Source: Sulfurospirillaceae bacterium (lineage in GTDB: Bacteria; Campylobacterota; Campylobacteria; Campylobacterales; Sulfurospirillaceae). Taken from it: 64,000 nt of DNA. Below the pieces are notes generated by a model. That model was given only the letters and a program-made list of their open reading frames with translations, was not told the DNA's origin and did not search any database. Each line of letters starts with the position of its first letter. Positions within the stretch are counted from its first letter, which is position 1. The stretch lies in assembly GCA_033723415.1 (NCBI GenBank), contig JAWVXD010000001.1, positions 320,001-384,000 of the forward strand, read 5' to 3'. The translations under genes were made by a program, and so were the position numbers. Positions 29,254 through 39,571 of this stretch are shown piece by piece.

Positions 29254-30525
29254 TTAATTTTTTAATGTTTTGAAATACTGAATCAAGATATTGATATCTT
29301 TATCATTCAATATTCCCTTATATGGCGCCATCATACCGCCATTATATCCTTGTACGATCTTTGCATTAGGATCTAAGATCGATTCTTTGATATATTTGTC
29401 ATCGGCTAGCACACTTTCTACTTTACCTTTTACTACGACTTTTACAGTATGTCCGTACATACCTTTATAGCTTGGTCCAATCAATTTAGAGCCATCTAAT
29501 GAGTGGCAACCTAAACATCCGTTTGAATCCAAGATATCTTTTGCTTTAGCTTTTATGTCGACTTTCTTAGGTTTGTTACCGTTTTTAAAATAGTCTATGA
29601 TCTGATTGATATCTTTATCGCTCAAGACACCTTTGTATGAACTCATCATACCAGGAGTAAATCCTTGTACAACTTTAGCATTCGGCTTTAAGATCGACTC
29701 TTTTAAGTACTTATCATCAACAATAATGTCTTCTAATTTACCGTTAACTAAAACTTTTTCTTTTCTGCCATACAAACCTTTATAGCTCGGTCCTACCAAA
29801 GGAGAGCCATCAAGTGTATGACAACTTGTACATCCATTTGACTTTAACAAGGCGAGACCTTGGTTTTCTCCACTTGGAGACTCTTTACTAAATGGTGTCT
29901 TTCTATCGCTGTTGTACCATTTGTCAAAATCTTTTTTACTCAAGACATATACTTTTGCAAGCATATGTGAATGCCCTCTACCGCAGTATTCGGTACATTC
30001 TATATCAAACACGCCTTTATCTGTAGCTTTAAACCATGCATGATAAGTAAATCCCGGAACAACGTCTTGCTTAAATCTAAATGCAGGTACATAATAACTG
30101 TGTAAAACGTCATTTGCCGGTGCCGTTAGGTCAAGCTTGATATTTTCACCTATTGGAACGTATAGATCTCTTGTTTTTTTACCGTTTGGATAAACATGAG
30201 ACCAAAACCACATCTGTCCGATGACTTTGACTTCCATATTCTTTTTAGGTATTTCTCTTATTGCTTTTAAACTTGTATATCCATAATAAAACATAATCCC
30301 AAGTAAGAACATAGGTATGATCGTCCACGCTATCTCCAGAGGTGTATTGTGTTCTATATTTTCAATTTTATCACGCGCATGTCTTTTGCTGTTATACTTA
30401 TAGAGAAAGTAAAACATAACGCCCACAACAAGCACAAACATCGCTAGGTTTATGCCTATAACTATCCACATGGCAAAATCAACCGTACTTGCGAAACTTG
30501 AAACGCCCTTCATTCCTTCTAACAT
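29254..30525 (-). CDS. coxB: Cytochrome c oxidase subunit II with two C-terminal c-type heme domains
   Basis: LEIAWT, DVLHS, CTEYCGRGHSHM (CuA); CTSCH and CLGCH heme-c motifs. Confidence 0.95.
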   Translation of the reverse strand: MLEGMKGVSSFASTVDFAMWIVIGINLAMFVLVVGVMFYFLYKYNSKRHARDKIENIEHNTPLEIAWTIIPMFLLGIMFYYGYTSLKAIREIPKKNMEVKVIGQMWFWSHVYPNGKKTRDLYVPIGENIKLDLTAPANDVLHSYYVPAFRFKQDVVPGFTYHAWFKATDKGVFDIECTEYCGRGHSHMLAKVYVLSKKDFDKWYNSDRKTPFSKESPSGENQGLALLKSNGCTSCHTLDGSPLVGPSYKGLYGRKEKVLVNGKLEDIIVDDKYLKESILKPNAKVVQGFTPGMMSSYKGVLSDKDINQIIDYFKNGNKPKKVDIKAKAKDILDSNGCLGCHSLDGSKLIGPSYKGMYGHTVKVVVKGKVESVLADDKYIKESILDPNAKIVQGYNGGMMAPYKGILNDKDINILIQYFKTLKN

Positions 30526-30543
30526 ATGCTGCCTTTCACTATT

Positions 30544-30876
30544 TTAATTAAGAATTGTAAGAATATCATGATTTCCATATCTTACATAAGTATCTATTGC
30601 CATCAATCCATATAACACGATCAATAAAATAATCGTACCGAAAATCAACTTTTTGAATATCGAAGAAGATGATTTTATATGCATATAATACAATACGATC
30701 AACACTATCTTGATTAGTGCAATGCCCATTTGAACCATAAGCGTAGGAGCAAGTTGCATGTGTATTACCAAAGGCTGTAATATCGTCAATGCAGTTAATG
30801 TTATCAAAAGTAGAAAAACATTGAAGTACATCTTTCTGCTTATTGGATGTAAATTTTGATTAGTATCTGTACTCAT
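30544..30876 (-). CDS. coxD: Cytochrome c oxidase subunit IV
   Basis: Three TM segments; IALIKIVLIVLYYMHIK motif; operon position. Confidence 0.85.
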   Translation of the reverse strand: MSTDTNQNLHPISRKMYFNVFLLLITLTALTILQPLVIHMQLAPTLMVQMGIALIKIVLIVLYYMHIKSSSSIFKKLIFGTIILLIVLYGLMAIDTYVRYGNHDILTILN

Positions 30877-30885
30877 ACATTACTC

Positions 30886-31551
30886 CTAATAGATCAAATA
30901 AAATAAAGGAAATACGATAACCCACACTATATGAACAAAATCCCAATATAGTGCCGTATTTTCCAAAAAGACATAATTTTCAGGTGTGATCTTACCTTTA
31001 TTTATAAGTCTTAGTAAAACAAGCATCACGATGATACCCACGATGATATGAATCCCATGAAGTCCTGTCAAAGTAAAATAAAGCCCAAAAAACAGTTTTG
31101 TGCCATTACTCATAGCATCCAAACTTGGAGAACTTGGATAAAATCCGTGATGTATCTCCAAACTCCACTCTGTAGCCTTTATTGCTAGAAATACAACAGC
31201 TAAGATCATAGTGGCCCAGATATATTTTTTACAAGTACTGACATGACCATTTCTAAGATGTACCAATGACAAACCCATAGTCAAAGCACTAATCAAAAGT
31301 ATAAAAGTATTTATCCCTCCAAGGAGTCTATTCATCTCCTCAGAAGCATGAACAAAATCAGCACTGTGTTGAAACATATAAAAACCATATACCAAGAACA
31401 TAGACCCAAAGATCATGATCTCTGTAAGCAAAAATACCCAAAACCCTAGTTTTGCCCCATCATAATCGTTATTAAAGTCAACGACGATATGCTCATTGCC
31501 TTCTTTATCTAAAACAATTTCAGGTTGACTCACGGTAGTAGCATCAGACAT
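30886..31551 (-). CDS. coxC: Cytochrome c oxidase subunit III
   Basis: GFWVFLLTEIMIFG, NTFILLIS, LTGLHGIH, LYWDFVH. Confidence 0.92.
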   Translation of the reverse strand: MSDATTVSQPEIVLDKEGNEHIVVDFNNDYDGAKLGFWVFLLTEIMIFGSMFLVYGFYMFQHSADFVHASEEMNRLLGGINTFILLISALTMGLSLVHLRNGHVSTCKKYIWATMILAVVFLAIKATEWSLEIHHGFYPSSPSLDAMSNGTKLFFGLYFTLTGLHGIHIIVGIIVMLVLLRLINKGKITPENYVFLENTALYWDFVHIVWVIVFPLFYLIY

Positions 31552-33211
31552 GCTTCTTATCCTCCTTTACAGATAAATCCATAACATGAACCGGCTCGCC
31601 TTTTTCGTATTCATAAGGCATAAAATCAACATAAGGGATCGTACCAAAGTTTGCCAATTGAGGAGGTGAAGGTATCTGCCACTCTAGTGTAGTTGCATTC
31701 CATGGATTTGGACCTGCTTCTTCTCCATGCTTCAAACCTTTGTATAAGTTATATGCCATGTATATTAGGCCAACTGCGAAGACCCATGAGCCAACAGTTG
31801 CGATTCTATGATAGATCGTAAATTCAGGAAGGTAGTCAAAATATCGTCTTGGCATACCAAGTGCACCGGCTATGAACATCGGGAACCACAGCATATTAAA
31901 ACCGACAAATATCACATAAAAAGCACGTTTTGCCCGTTTATCATCATACATCTTTCCTGTCATTTTTGGGAACCAGTAGTGAAATCCTGCGAACATCAAA
32001 AATACAACGCCGCCAAGAATCGCATAGTGAAAGTGCGCCACGACAAAGTAAGTACCGTGAAGATAAACATTAAGACCGACTGCGGCCAATATAAGACCTG
32101 TCAAACCACCTATAATAAATGTCACAAATGTACCTACAACCCATAGCATCGGTGCTTTAAAGTCGATAGAAGCTTTGTACATCGTCGCAATCCAGTCAAA
32201 GAATTTTATACCTGTAGGAACAGCAACAAAAAATGTCAAGACTGAAAATATTAATTGAATTGTATTTGACTCACCTGATGTAAACATATGATGTCCCCAA
32301 ACTAAGTAACCAACACCTGCGATCATAGCACTTGAGATAGCTATTGAGCGGTAACCGAATATAGGTTTTCTACAAAATGTCGGTATGATCTCAGATGCGA
32401 TTCCAAAAGCCGGAAGGATCATGAGATAAACTGCAGGATGAGAATACATCCAAAACATATTTTCAAGTAGTACGGGATCGCCGCCTTTGGTCGGATCAAA
32501 GATCCCTATACCAAATACTCTCTCTATAACAACCATAAGCAATGTAATCCCGATGATCGGAGTCGCAAGAACTTGTATCCAAGACGTTGCATATAGTCCC
32601 CAAACAAACAAAGGCATTTTGAAAAAGCCCATACCCGGAGCTCTAAGCCTGTGAATTGTAGCTATAAAATTTAAACCTGTTAAAATTGAAGCCAATCCCA
32701 GAAAATACGCCGCAGTCAATGCCAATATAACATTGGTTCCACTTTTTGTACTATATGGTGCATAAAATGTCCAGCCTGTGTCTGCTGAACCGCCATTTGC
32801 AAACAACGATACAAAGACCAAAATAGCACCAAACATATATATCCACCAAGAGAGTAGGTTCAATCTAGGGAAAGAAACATCTCTGGCACCAAGTTGCAAC
32901 GGAAGCAGAAAATTACCAAGAGTCGCCGGAATTCCCGGAACAATAAATAAAAAGATCATGATAATACCATGCAATGTAAAAGCTTGGTTATATCTCTCGG
33001 GACTCATTATCTGCTGACCCGGGCTAAATAGCTCCAAACGCATCAATAAAGCTATACATACGGCTGCTGTGAAAAATGTAAACATTGCAACGCCGTAAAG
33101 TATAGAGATACGTTTGTGATCTATACTAAATATCCATTGCAGGAACTTATTCTTATGATGCCCAAAAACAGTGTGGGTCTCATGGTAAAAACTTGTGTGA
33201 GTATTACTCAT
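31544..33211 (-). CDS. coxA: Cytochrome c oxidase subunit I, family A2
   Basis: DHKRI, TLHG, ARDVSFPRLN, GWTFYAP, YSHPAVY, WGHHM, AHFHY, GMPRRY; ATG 33211 after GGAG (ORF track start 33259). Confidence 0.96.
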   Translation of the reverse strand: MSNTHTSFYHETHTVFGHHKNKFLQWIFSIDHKRISILYGVAMFTFFTAAVCIALLMRLELFSPGQQIMSPERYNQAFTLHGIIMIFLFIVPGIPATLGNFLLPLQLGARDVSFPRLNLLSWWIYMFGAILVFVSLFANGGSADTGWTFYAPYSTKSGTNVILALTAAYFLGLASILTGLNFIATIHRLRAPGMGFFKMPLFVWGLYATSWIQVLATPIIGITLLMVVIERVFGIGIFDPTKGGDPVLLENMFWMYSHPAVYLMILPAFGIASEIIPTFCRKPIFGYRSIAISSAMIAGVGYLVWGHHMFTSGESNTIQLIFSVLTFFVAVPTGIKFFDWIATMYKASIDFKAPMLWVVGTFVTFIIGGLTGLILAAVGLNVYLHGTYFVVAHFHYAILGGVVFLMFAGFHYWFPKMTGKMYDDKRAKRAFYVIFVGFNMLWFPMFIAGALGMPRRYFDYLPEFTIYHRIATVGSWVFAVGLIYMAYNLYKGLKHGEEAGPNPWNATTLEWQIPSPPQLANFGTIPYVDFMPYEYEKGEPVHVMDLSVKEDKKHV

Positions 33212-34004
33212 GTAAATCATCTCCTTTTTTTCTTTTTCTACTTTTACTTGTAAGAACAAAATATATAAACAACATGATCATGAACAACGTCATGACTGCA
33301 CCAAATATCTTTTTGGTTTCAAAAACGTATTTGTTGCTTTTTGGATCAAATGAAAAACAAAAAGCTACGGCTCTGGCGATAGTAGGTCTAGCTATGCCTT
33401 TGCTTGCTTCGCCTATGGCCATTTGGAGGTCAAAAGGAAGGTAATCTATACCGTTTAGATATCTAGTTATCTTTCCTTTAGGAGAAAGGATAACAAGACC
33501 TGCGGGATGGATATAATCAATAAAACCTTGTTTGTTTATAATCTTTTTAAAGTTATATCCCAAAGCATTTGTAAGAGCATCAACTGTCTTTTTGTCAGGA
33601 GTAGTTAAAAAACTCCAAGCACTCTTGTTGAAGTCTTTTCTTATCACAGCTGTGTGATTTTTCTTGAACCACATCGCATCTTTTGGACCATCTGTAGTTA
33701 CAAAACTTATTGTTAAAGCTTTATAATCTTTACCTTCTTTTAGGTTTAGTTTATCCAGGGACTTTGTCATTCCATCAATCTGAGGACCACAAATACCGGG
33801 ACAATGAAAATAATTTACGGATATGACCGTAGGTTTATTTTCCATAAACTCACCCAAAGTTTTTTTGACGCCGTGTTCGTCTGTAAAAACCAGATTTAGA
33901 GGCACAAATTTACCTAATCTTTCGTAAGTACCAATTTTCGTATCGCTTCCATATAAAAACATAGAAAAATACACTGATAAGAACAATAATAGAAACTTTT
34001 TCAT
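33204..34004 (-). CDS. SCO-family protein (oxidase operon first gene)
   Basis: Signal peptide, YFHCPGIC, YIHP, C-terminal TM helix. Confidence 0.88.
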   Translation of the reverse strand: MKKFLLLFLSVYFSMFLYGSDTKIGTYERLGKFVPLNLVFTDEHGVKKTLGEFMENKPTVISVNYFHCPGICGPQIDGMTKSLDKLNLKEGKDYKALTISFVTTDGPKDAMWFKKNHTAVIRKDFNKSAWSFLTTPDKKTVDALTNALGYNFKKIINKQGFIDYIHPAGLVILSPKGKITRYLNGIDYLPFDLQMAIGEASKGIARPTIARAVAFCFSFDPKSNKYVFETKKIFGAVMTLFMIMLFIYFVLTSKSRKRKKGDDLHE

Positions 34005-34449
34005 TCTTCTCCCAATTTCTTAATAGAGTTTTTTAAATATTAAATAAATATTAAATTAACATTTATTTAACACTTTTTTAACAAACAAATTCTATCAAAT
34101 ATTATTTTTCTTAAAGGCGTATAAAAATTTTAATCAAGATTATTTATAAATAAAGTTTTAATATTTTAAAAAGGTATTATAAATATAATATTTATTGTAA
34201 TAACAGATTTTATATAAGAGTAAAAATGTCGTATTTAAGCCTAAAATGGATTTAAGATAAATTATATCTTAATTATAAAAACTATATTAATAAAAATATA
34301 TACAAACTTGAAGTTTTATGATTTTTTCTTATATATTGTGATACAATTATATAAGAGATAGACTAGTCTTATCAGGGCTTTTAGAGAAAAAAATAAAAAA
34401 ATTGACAATATAATTCAAGTATATTATATTCTGTATAAAAGGATACAAA

Positions 34450-35421
34450 ATGAGAATTTACAGACTTTTCCCTTTTGTGGTTTTATTGTGCACTTCAATA
34501 ACCTTATATGCCGTAAATACAGGCAATCCTAAATACTTGGGGACTGTGAGTTTAAATGAGATTATTATGAAACCTAATACTTTGATAGTAAATATAAACA
34601 GCAATGGATGTACTGATAAAAAATCTCTTAAAATTGATGTTCAAAAAGATACTTCTATATCAAATCCTGAGCATTATATATTAAATATCAAAAGAATAAA
34701 ACCTGATCTATGTAACAACTTCATACCAAATGGAAAGACTGTGTTTTTTGACCTAAACAGAGATTTGAATATAACAGGTCAATTTAGCTATTCTGTAGTA
34801 AATGGCATAACCAGTGTAATGCATCTTTCAGAGAATAACGATTCATCTACTGCTTTAAGCAAGAACGTGGCACAAACTAAACCTTTAGTAACAGAAGTTC
34901 AACCTAAATCATTCAAAAAATTCTCAGTCATGCATAATTATTTTACCACAGAGATACCGACATCTTGGAAATTATCGTATGACGTAAACAAAGATCAACA
35001 AAATGGTATTTTTGAAATCAGACTAACTAAATCAAACGAATCAAATACCTCTAATACTACGCCTGAACCTATGATATATGTAGGATTTTATGACTCAAAT
35101 AATACTCAAAAAGAAACTTATGACGTGTTTATAAATGAATACAAAAAATTAGCACAGAAGAGGGCAGGTGATCCAAACTATCATTATGAAGATCCAAAAA
35201 CGATAACTTTAAACGGATTACAGGCTATGCAGTTATCATATGAAGTTTATAAAAATACAGACAAGCTTTTGAATCAATTTTGGATGCAAGCCAACTTTAT
35301 TTTATTGAAGACTCAAGAAGGTTTTTATGTATTGGCGTATAAAAGTCCAAAAGAATTCTATGAGAAATTTTTACCAATATTTAATAAAGTCAAAAATACA
35401 TTTAATCCTGGAATATTTTAA
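34450..35421 (+). CDS. Secreted hypothetical protein
   Basis: Signal peptide, AAGGA RBS, 323-aa open frame; no family recognised with confidence. Confidence 0.7.
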   Translation: MRIYRLFPFVVLLCTSITLYAVNTGNPKYLGTVSLNEIIMKPNTLIVNINSNGCTDKKSLKIDVQKDTSISNPEHYILNIKRIKPDLCNNFIPNGKTVFFDLNRDLNITGQFSYSVVNGITSVMHLSENNDSSTALSKNVAQTKPLVTEVQPKSFKKFSVMHNYFTTEIPTSWKLSYDVNKDQQNGIFEIRLTKSNESNTSNTTPEPMIYVGFYDSNNTQKETYDVFINEYKKLAQKRAGDPNYHYEDPKTITLNGLQAMQLSYEVYKNTDKLLNQFWMQANFILLKTQEGFYVLAYKSPKEFYEKFLPIFNKVKNTFNPGIF

Positions 35422-35476
35422 ATTTTAGTATTAAATAGAGTTATTAAATGACTATAAACTAGGCTATAGATGTTGT

Positions 35477-35881
35477 TTATTTACCTAAAATGACAAAATA
35501 AACTATTAAAAATATCACCCATGCTAAAAACATAGCCAAAAATATTTTAATAGTGGAAAGCAAGACTGAACAGTTCCCAAATTGTCTATGTTTTGTTTCC
35601 TGATGAGACATATACAAGATCCAAAGAGATATAACCGGACCGGCTACAGGAAGAGCAACAAAAAGTAGTGCACTGTAAAAATACCAATGAGATAAATAAT
35701 CATTTTGTTTACTTTTAAACTCTACGATAAGTCCGATAGCCATAAGGAATGTACCAAACAAATAAATACAAATACTTAAATCTGCTGAGTTAGAAAAAGG
35801 GATCATTCCGATGATAATAGCAATATAAGACACAATAAGCCCGATTCCTATAAAATTGTTTCCAAAAAGTGTTTTAAACAT
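35477..35881 (-). CDS. Hypothetical membrane protein
   Basis: About four hydrophobic segments in 134 aa. Confidence 0.6.
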   Translation of the reverse strand: MFKTLFGNNFIGIGLIVSYIAIIIGMIPFSNSADLSICIYLFGTFLMAIGLIVEFKSKQNDYLSHWYFYSALLFVALPVAGPVISLWILYMSHQETKHRQFGNCSVLLSTIKIFLAMFLAWVIFLIVYFVILGK

Positions 35882-36034
35882 AGGTACTTCTTTTATATAC
35901 TTTTTTATCTCTCAAAAGCTGTCGTCAGCTCACAATTTACCACAAAAGACGAAAACTAAAACTAAGTTTTGCATTATTCGTCATTTCTGCTACCTCTTTT
36001 TTTCACTAATAAATCTAACGTTAAAATAATTATT

Positions 36035-37708
36035 TCAACTAAAAAATGTATTTTCAAGATCTTCTATACTTTCAATATTCTCTTTAATAAAATCTATATA
36101 ATAATAGTCAACCCCAACACCAAACTTTTTAACAAATGCCGTGATCTCAGTTTCATCAAAAACTATATCTTTCCCAATATTTAAAACCAAAAAGTTATCT
36201 CCAAAAAATCTGATGACTATTGAATTTGGATATCTTTGCATGAGTATTTGTGACAAACTTTTTAGTAGCTCATCTCCCTTTTTCCAACCAAATTCTTTAT
36301 TATAAGCAGTCAAATTTTTCAAAGTCAGGCGATATGCATTTACTTTTTTGTAATTATGTAATTTTGTCAAAAGAGCTTTAAGATGATTTATATTATAACA
36401 GCCTGTAAGCTGATCCTTAAGATAATAACAAAATCTCATCTCATCTAATTCATTTTGAGGTATTTGTTCTGCAAAATCAGCTATAGATATGTCTTCCAAA
36501 GCTTTTAGAGCAGCATTTACGATACGAGGGTTAAACTGGTGTCCGCTCTCTTGCCTCAAAATTTCAAAAGTTTCTTCTTTACTAAGAGCGATTTTGTATG
36601 CTCTACTGGTAGTTATAGCATCAAAAGTATCAGCCACGGCGATGATCTGTGATAAGATCGGAATTTTGTCCCCTTGCAAACCCTCAGGATATCCCTTGCC
36701 ATCATATCTCTCATGATGATAAAGTACGATTTTAGAGAGTTCATTAAATGGACCGTGAGATAACAATTGTGCACCAAAAATAGAGTGTGATTTAATTAGT
36801 TCATATTCTTCATTAGATAATTTTTCCGGTTTTAATAAAATAGCATCTGGGATCTCTATCTTTCCTATATCATGTAGCATTGCCGCTCTAAAGAGTAAGT
36901 CTATTTTATCTTTTGAAAGTTCCATGGTCTGGGCTATTTTTGTCGCATAAGAAGCAACTCTTCTACTGTGTCCGGCCGTATATGTATCTCTTCTTTCCAT
37001 CATATCTGCCAGTAGATATATGTTTTCTTCGTAATCTTTCATTCTGGCATTAAAATAATTTCTGCTTTTATAGTTAGACCAAATTATAACAGCCAATCCT
37101 GCCAGCCATGTTATAAAATACGCAAAAACAAGAAAAAAGTATCTTTTTTTATTTGAATTTTCAAAGATCGGTATTTTTATTATGGCATCGACACTGCCGA
37201 TCACATCACCTTCTTTGCTTTCATCATGAATATGACACAATAGACAATTTCTAGTTGCTATTAAGGGTTTTGTAAAATAAACATAAGAATCAGAATTTTG
37301 TTTATATATAACATATTGTTCTTCTTTTGTCTTCTGCATAGTTTTTATTGTTTTTGTTATTTTTTGGGGATAATCTTCAAAATCATCTTCATAAAAAAAG
37401 CTGTTTATATTTAGTGTTATTCCTTTATTTTCATTTATCTTGTGTATTAAGTTGTTTAGTGAGAAGGTCAGTCCTGTTTTTATTTTATTTTTATTTTTTT
37501 CTTCTTTGATTTTTTGTTGAAATATCCATCTTATAATATATTCTGCTTCTTGAGTTGCTTCTTTACTTTGATATATTTGGTTCTCGACTATGTGTTTATT
37601 TTCATTATGAAGTTGGAAATTGAAAAAAATATATGTCAAAATTGTCCATAAGACTGACATTATGAGAGCAATTCTCTTGAAATAAAAATACTTTATTGGT
37701 GCAGGCAT
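36035..37708 (-). CDS. Membrane HD-GYP phosphodiesterase with periplasmic CxxCH sensor and degenerate GGDEF domain
   Basis: Two TM helices; CLLCH; YTAGHSRRV, LHDIGK, HHERYDGKGYP, AVADTFDA; C-terminal RFFGDNF. Confidence 0.87.
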   Translation of the reverse strand: MPAPIKYFYFKRIALIMSVLWTILTYIFFNFQLHNENKHIVENQIYQSKEATQEAEYIIRWIFQQKIKEEKNKNKIKTGLTFSLNNLIHKINENKGITLNINSFFYEDDFEDYPQKITKTIKTMQKTKEEQYVIYKQNSDSYVYFTKPLIATRNCLLCHIHDESKEGDVIGSVDAIIKIPIFENSNKKRYFFLVFAYFITWLAGLAVIIWSNYKSRNYFNARMKDYEENIYLLADMMERRDTYTAGHSRRVASYATKIAQTMELSKDKIDLLFRAAMLHDIGKIEIPDAILLKPEKLSNEEYELIKSHSIFGAQLLSHGPFNELSKIVLYHHERYDGKGYPEGLQGDKIPILSQIIAVADTFDAITTSRAYKIALSKEETFEILRQESGHQFNPRIVNAALKALEDISIADFAEQIPQNELDEMRFCYYLKDQLTGCYNINHLKALLTKLHNYKKVNAYRLTLKNLTAYNKEFGWKKGDELLKSLSQILMQRYPNSIVIRFFGDNFLVLNIGKDIVFDETEITAFVKKFGVGVDYYYIDFIKENIESIEDLENTFFS

Positions 37709-37786
37709 ACTTTATAATCCAAATTTTAAGTAATTAAAATATGATTATATCCTATTTTAGTTAAAAATAAATTAACCTTGTTAAAT

Positions 37787-38692
37787 TTATTTTATAGCTT
37801 CCTTTACCGCATTGATATAACTTTTTAAAGATAACTCCACATTTTTATATGCTTTGTCAAAGCCTGTCCCATGATCAACGGAAGTTCTTGTAATACTTTG
37901 ATTTAATGTAACATTGATACTTTCCTCAAAATAAAGTGCTTTCAAAGGGATAAGTCCTTGGTCATGATACATACAGACAAAATATTTATATTTATCTCTA
38001 TTAGGTTTTGTAAACGCGATATCCGGGACAAGGGGTCCTACAAAGAGTTCTTTCCCTAATATCTCATTTGATTTTTTTATAGCCAAACTGATATCTTTTT
38101 CTTCATTTCCTATAACGCCGTTGTCTCCTGCATGAGGGTTCAATCCCAAAACTGCAATCTGATCGGTCTCAATATAAGTTGAGACATCCAACAAGAATTT
38201 GGCTAATTGTTTTGTTTTTATTTTGGAACTCACATCCTTAAGAGGTATGTGATGTGTAAAGAGTAAAACAAACATCTCCTCACAGCCTAGCATCATAATG
38301 GTCTTGCAGCCAAGAAGATCAGATATGGCATCAGTGTGCCCTTTGTATTTGATATCTGCCAGATTCCAAGAAGCTTTATTTATAGGTAGTGTTACAACTG
38401 CTGATACTTTATTGCTTCTTGCCAGTGCAATCGCCGTTACAAATGAATCAAATGACATCTCTCCGGCAGCCTTTGTAGAAATACCTGGTTCTATATCAAA
38501 TATATCACCACATTCTTTCGTTTTAAATTTCTCCGGAACGTCAAGTCCAAGCATTGCCGCAGCCCAATTTAGCATCGTTTGATTGATACAATAAACAGGT
38601 TTACAAATTTTACTGATCTCTTCATGAGCTCTAAGGGCAATTTCAAGACCTATGCCGTTTATGTCTCCGATACTTATGGCAACTTTTTTCAT
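37787..38692 (-). CDS. pdxA: 4-hydroxythreonine-4-phosphate dehydrogenase
   Basis: GDINGIG, PINK, GHT, LNPHAGD, YHDQGLIPLK, RTSVDHGT; ATG 38692 overlaps pdxJ stop. Confidence 0.95.
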   Translation of the reverse strand: MKKVAISIGDINGIGLEIALRAHEEISKICKPVYCINQTMLNWAAAMLGLDVPEKFKTKECGDIFDIEPGISTKAAGEMSFDSFVTAIALARSNKVSAVVTLPINKASWNLADIKYKGHTDAISDLLGCKTIMMLGCEEMFVLLFTHHIPLKDVSSKIKTKQLAKFLLDVSTYIETDQIAVLGLNPHAGDNGVIGNEEKDISLAIKKSNEILGKELFVGPLVPDIAFTKPNRDKYKYFVCMYHDQGLIPLKALYFEESINVTLNQSITRTSVDHGTGFDKAYKNVELSLKSYINAVKEAIK

Positions 38693-39471
38693 TTTATAGC
38701 CTCTATCATATCTTTTATTGCTACTTCTAAGCCTGTAAAGACTGATCTGGCAATTATACACTGTCCTATATTTAGCTCTTCTATGCCTTCTATTTTCACT
38801 ATTTCTTTAACATTTTGGTAGTTAAGACCATGACCTGCTGCTACTTTTAGTCCAAGTTTTTTTGCAAGGTGTGTACTGACTCTTAATTTGTCTAAAGCAT
38901 TTGCTAACAATGATTTTAATTCTTCTCTTGATAATTCCAGCTCTTTTATACTGTGTTTTGTTAGCGAAAGATTTGAAAAGAGCATAGCATATATATTTGA
39001 ATAAAGCCCGGTATGCAGTTCTATCCAATCTGCATTCAATTCCTTTGAAAACTCTATAGCTTTATCATCAGGATCAATGAACAAAGATAATTCTATATTT
39101 TTTACTTTAAGTTCTTGTGATATCTTTTTGATGATTTCAAAATTTTTATAAACATCCAATCCGCCCTCGGTCGTGACTTCTTCTCTTTTCTCAGGTACTA
39201 AAGTGATACGGTGAGGGTTTAGCTCGATGACTTTTTTGATCACTTCTTCGTTTATTGAACATTCTAGATTTATCGGTAAGTGTGAATTCTCGACGATTCT
39301 TTTTGCATCATCATCATTGATATGTCTTCTGTCTTCTCTTAGATGTATTGTTATCTGATCTGCTCCGGCTCGCTTTGCCAGAGAGACTGCATCAAGCGGA
39401 TCAGGATCATTGATCTTCCTTGCCTCTCGTAAGACTGCTATGTGGTCTATATTTACACCCAAGAACATCAA
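38689..39471 (-). CDS. pdxJ: Pyridoxine 5'-phosphate synthase
   Basis: LGVNIDH, HLREDRRHI, LVPEKREEVTTEGG, AGHGL, ELNIG. Confidence 0.97.
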   Translation of the reverse strand: MMFLGVNIDHIAVLREARKINDPDPLDAVSLAKRAGADQITIHLREDRRHINDDDAKRIVENSHLPINLECSINEEVIKKVIELNPHRITLVPEKREEVTTEGGLDVYKNFEIIKKISQELKVKNIELSLFIDPDDKAIEFSKELNADWIELHTGLYSNIYAMLFSNLSLTKHSIKELELSREELKSLLANALDKLRVSTHLAKKLGLKVAAGHGLNYQNVKEIVKIEGIEELNIGQCIIARSVFTGLEVAIKDMIEAIK

Positions 39472-39571
39472 AATCTCCTTTGTGAATATCTTTTAAAACC
39501 ATATATTATACCTATATTAAATAAAAGAATTATTTAGTATAATGATAAAAAACAATCACAAAGGATTTATT

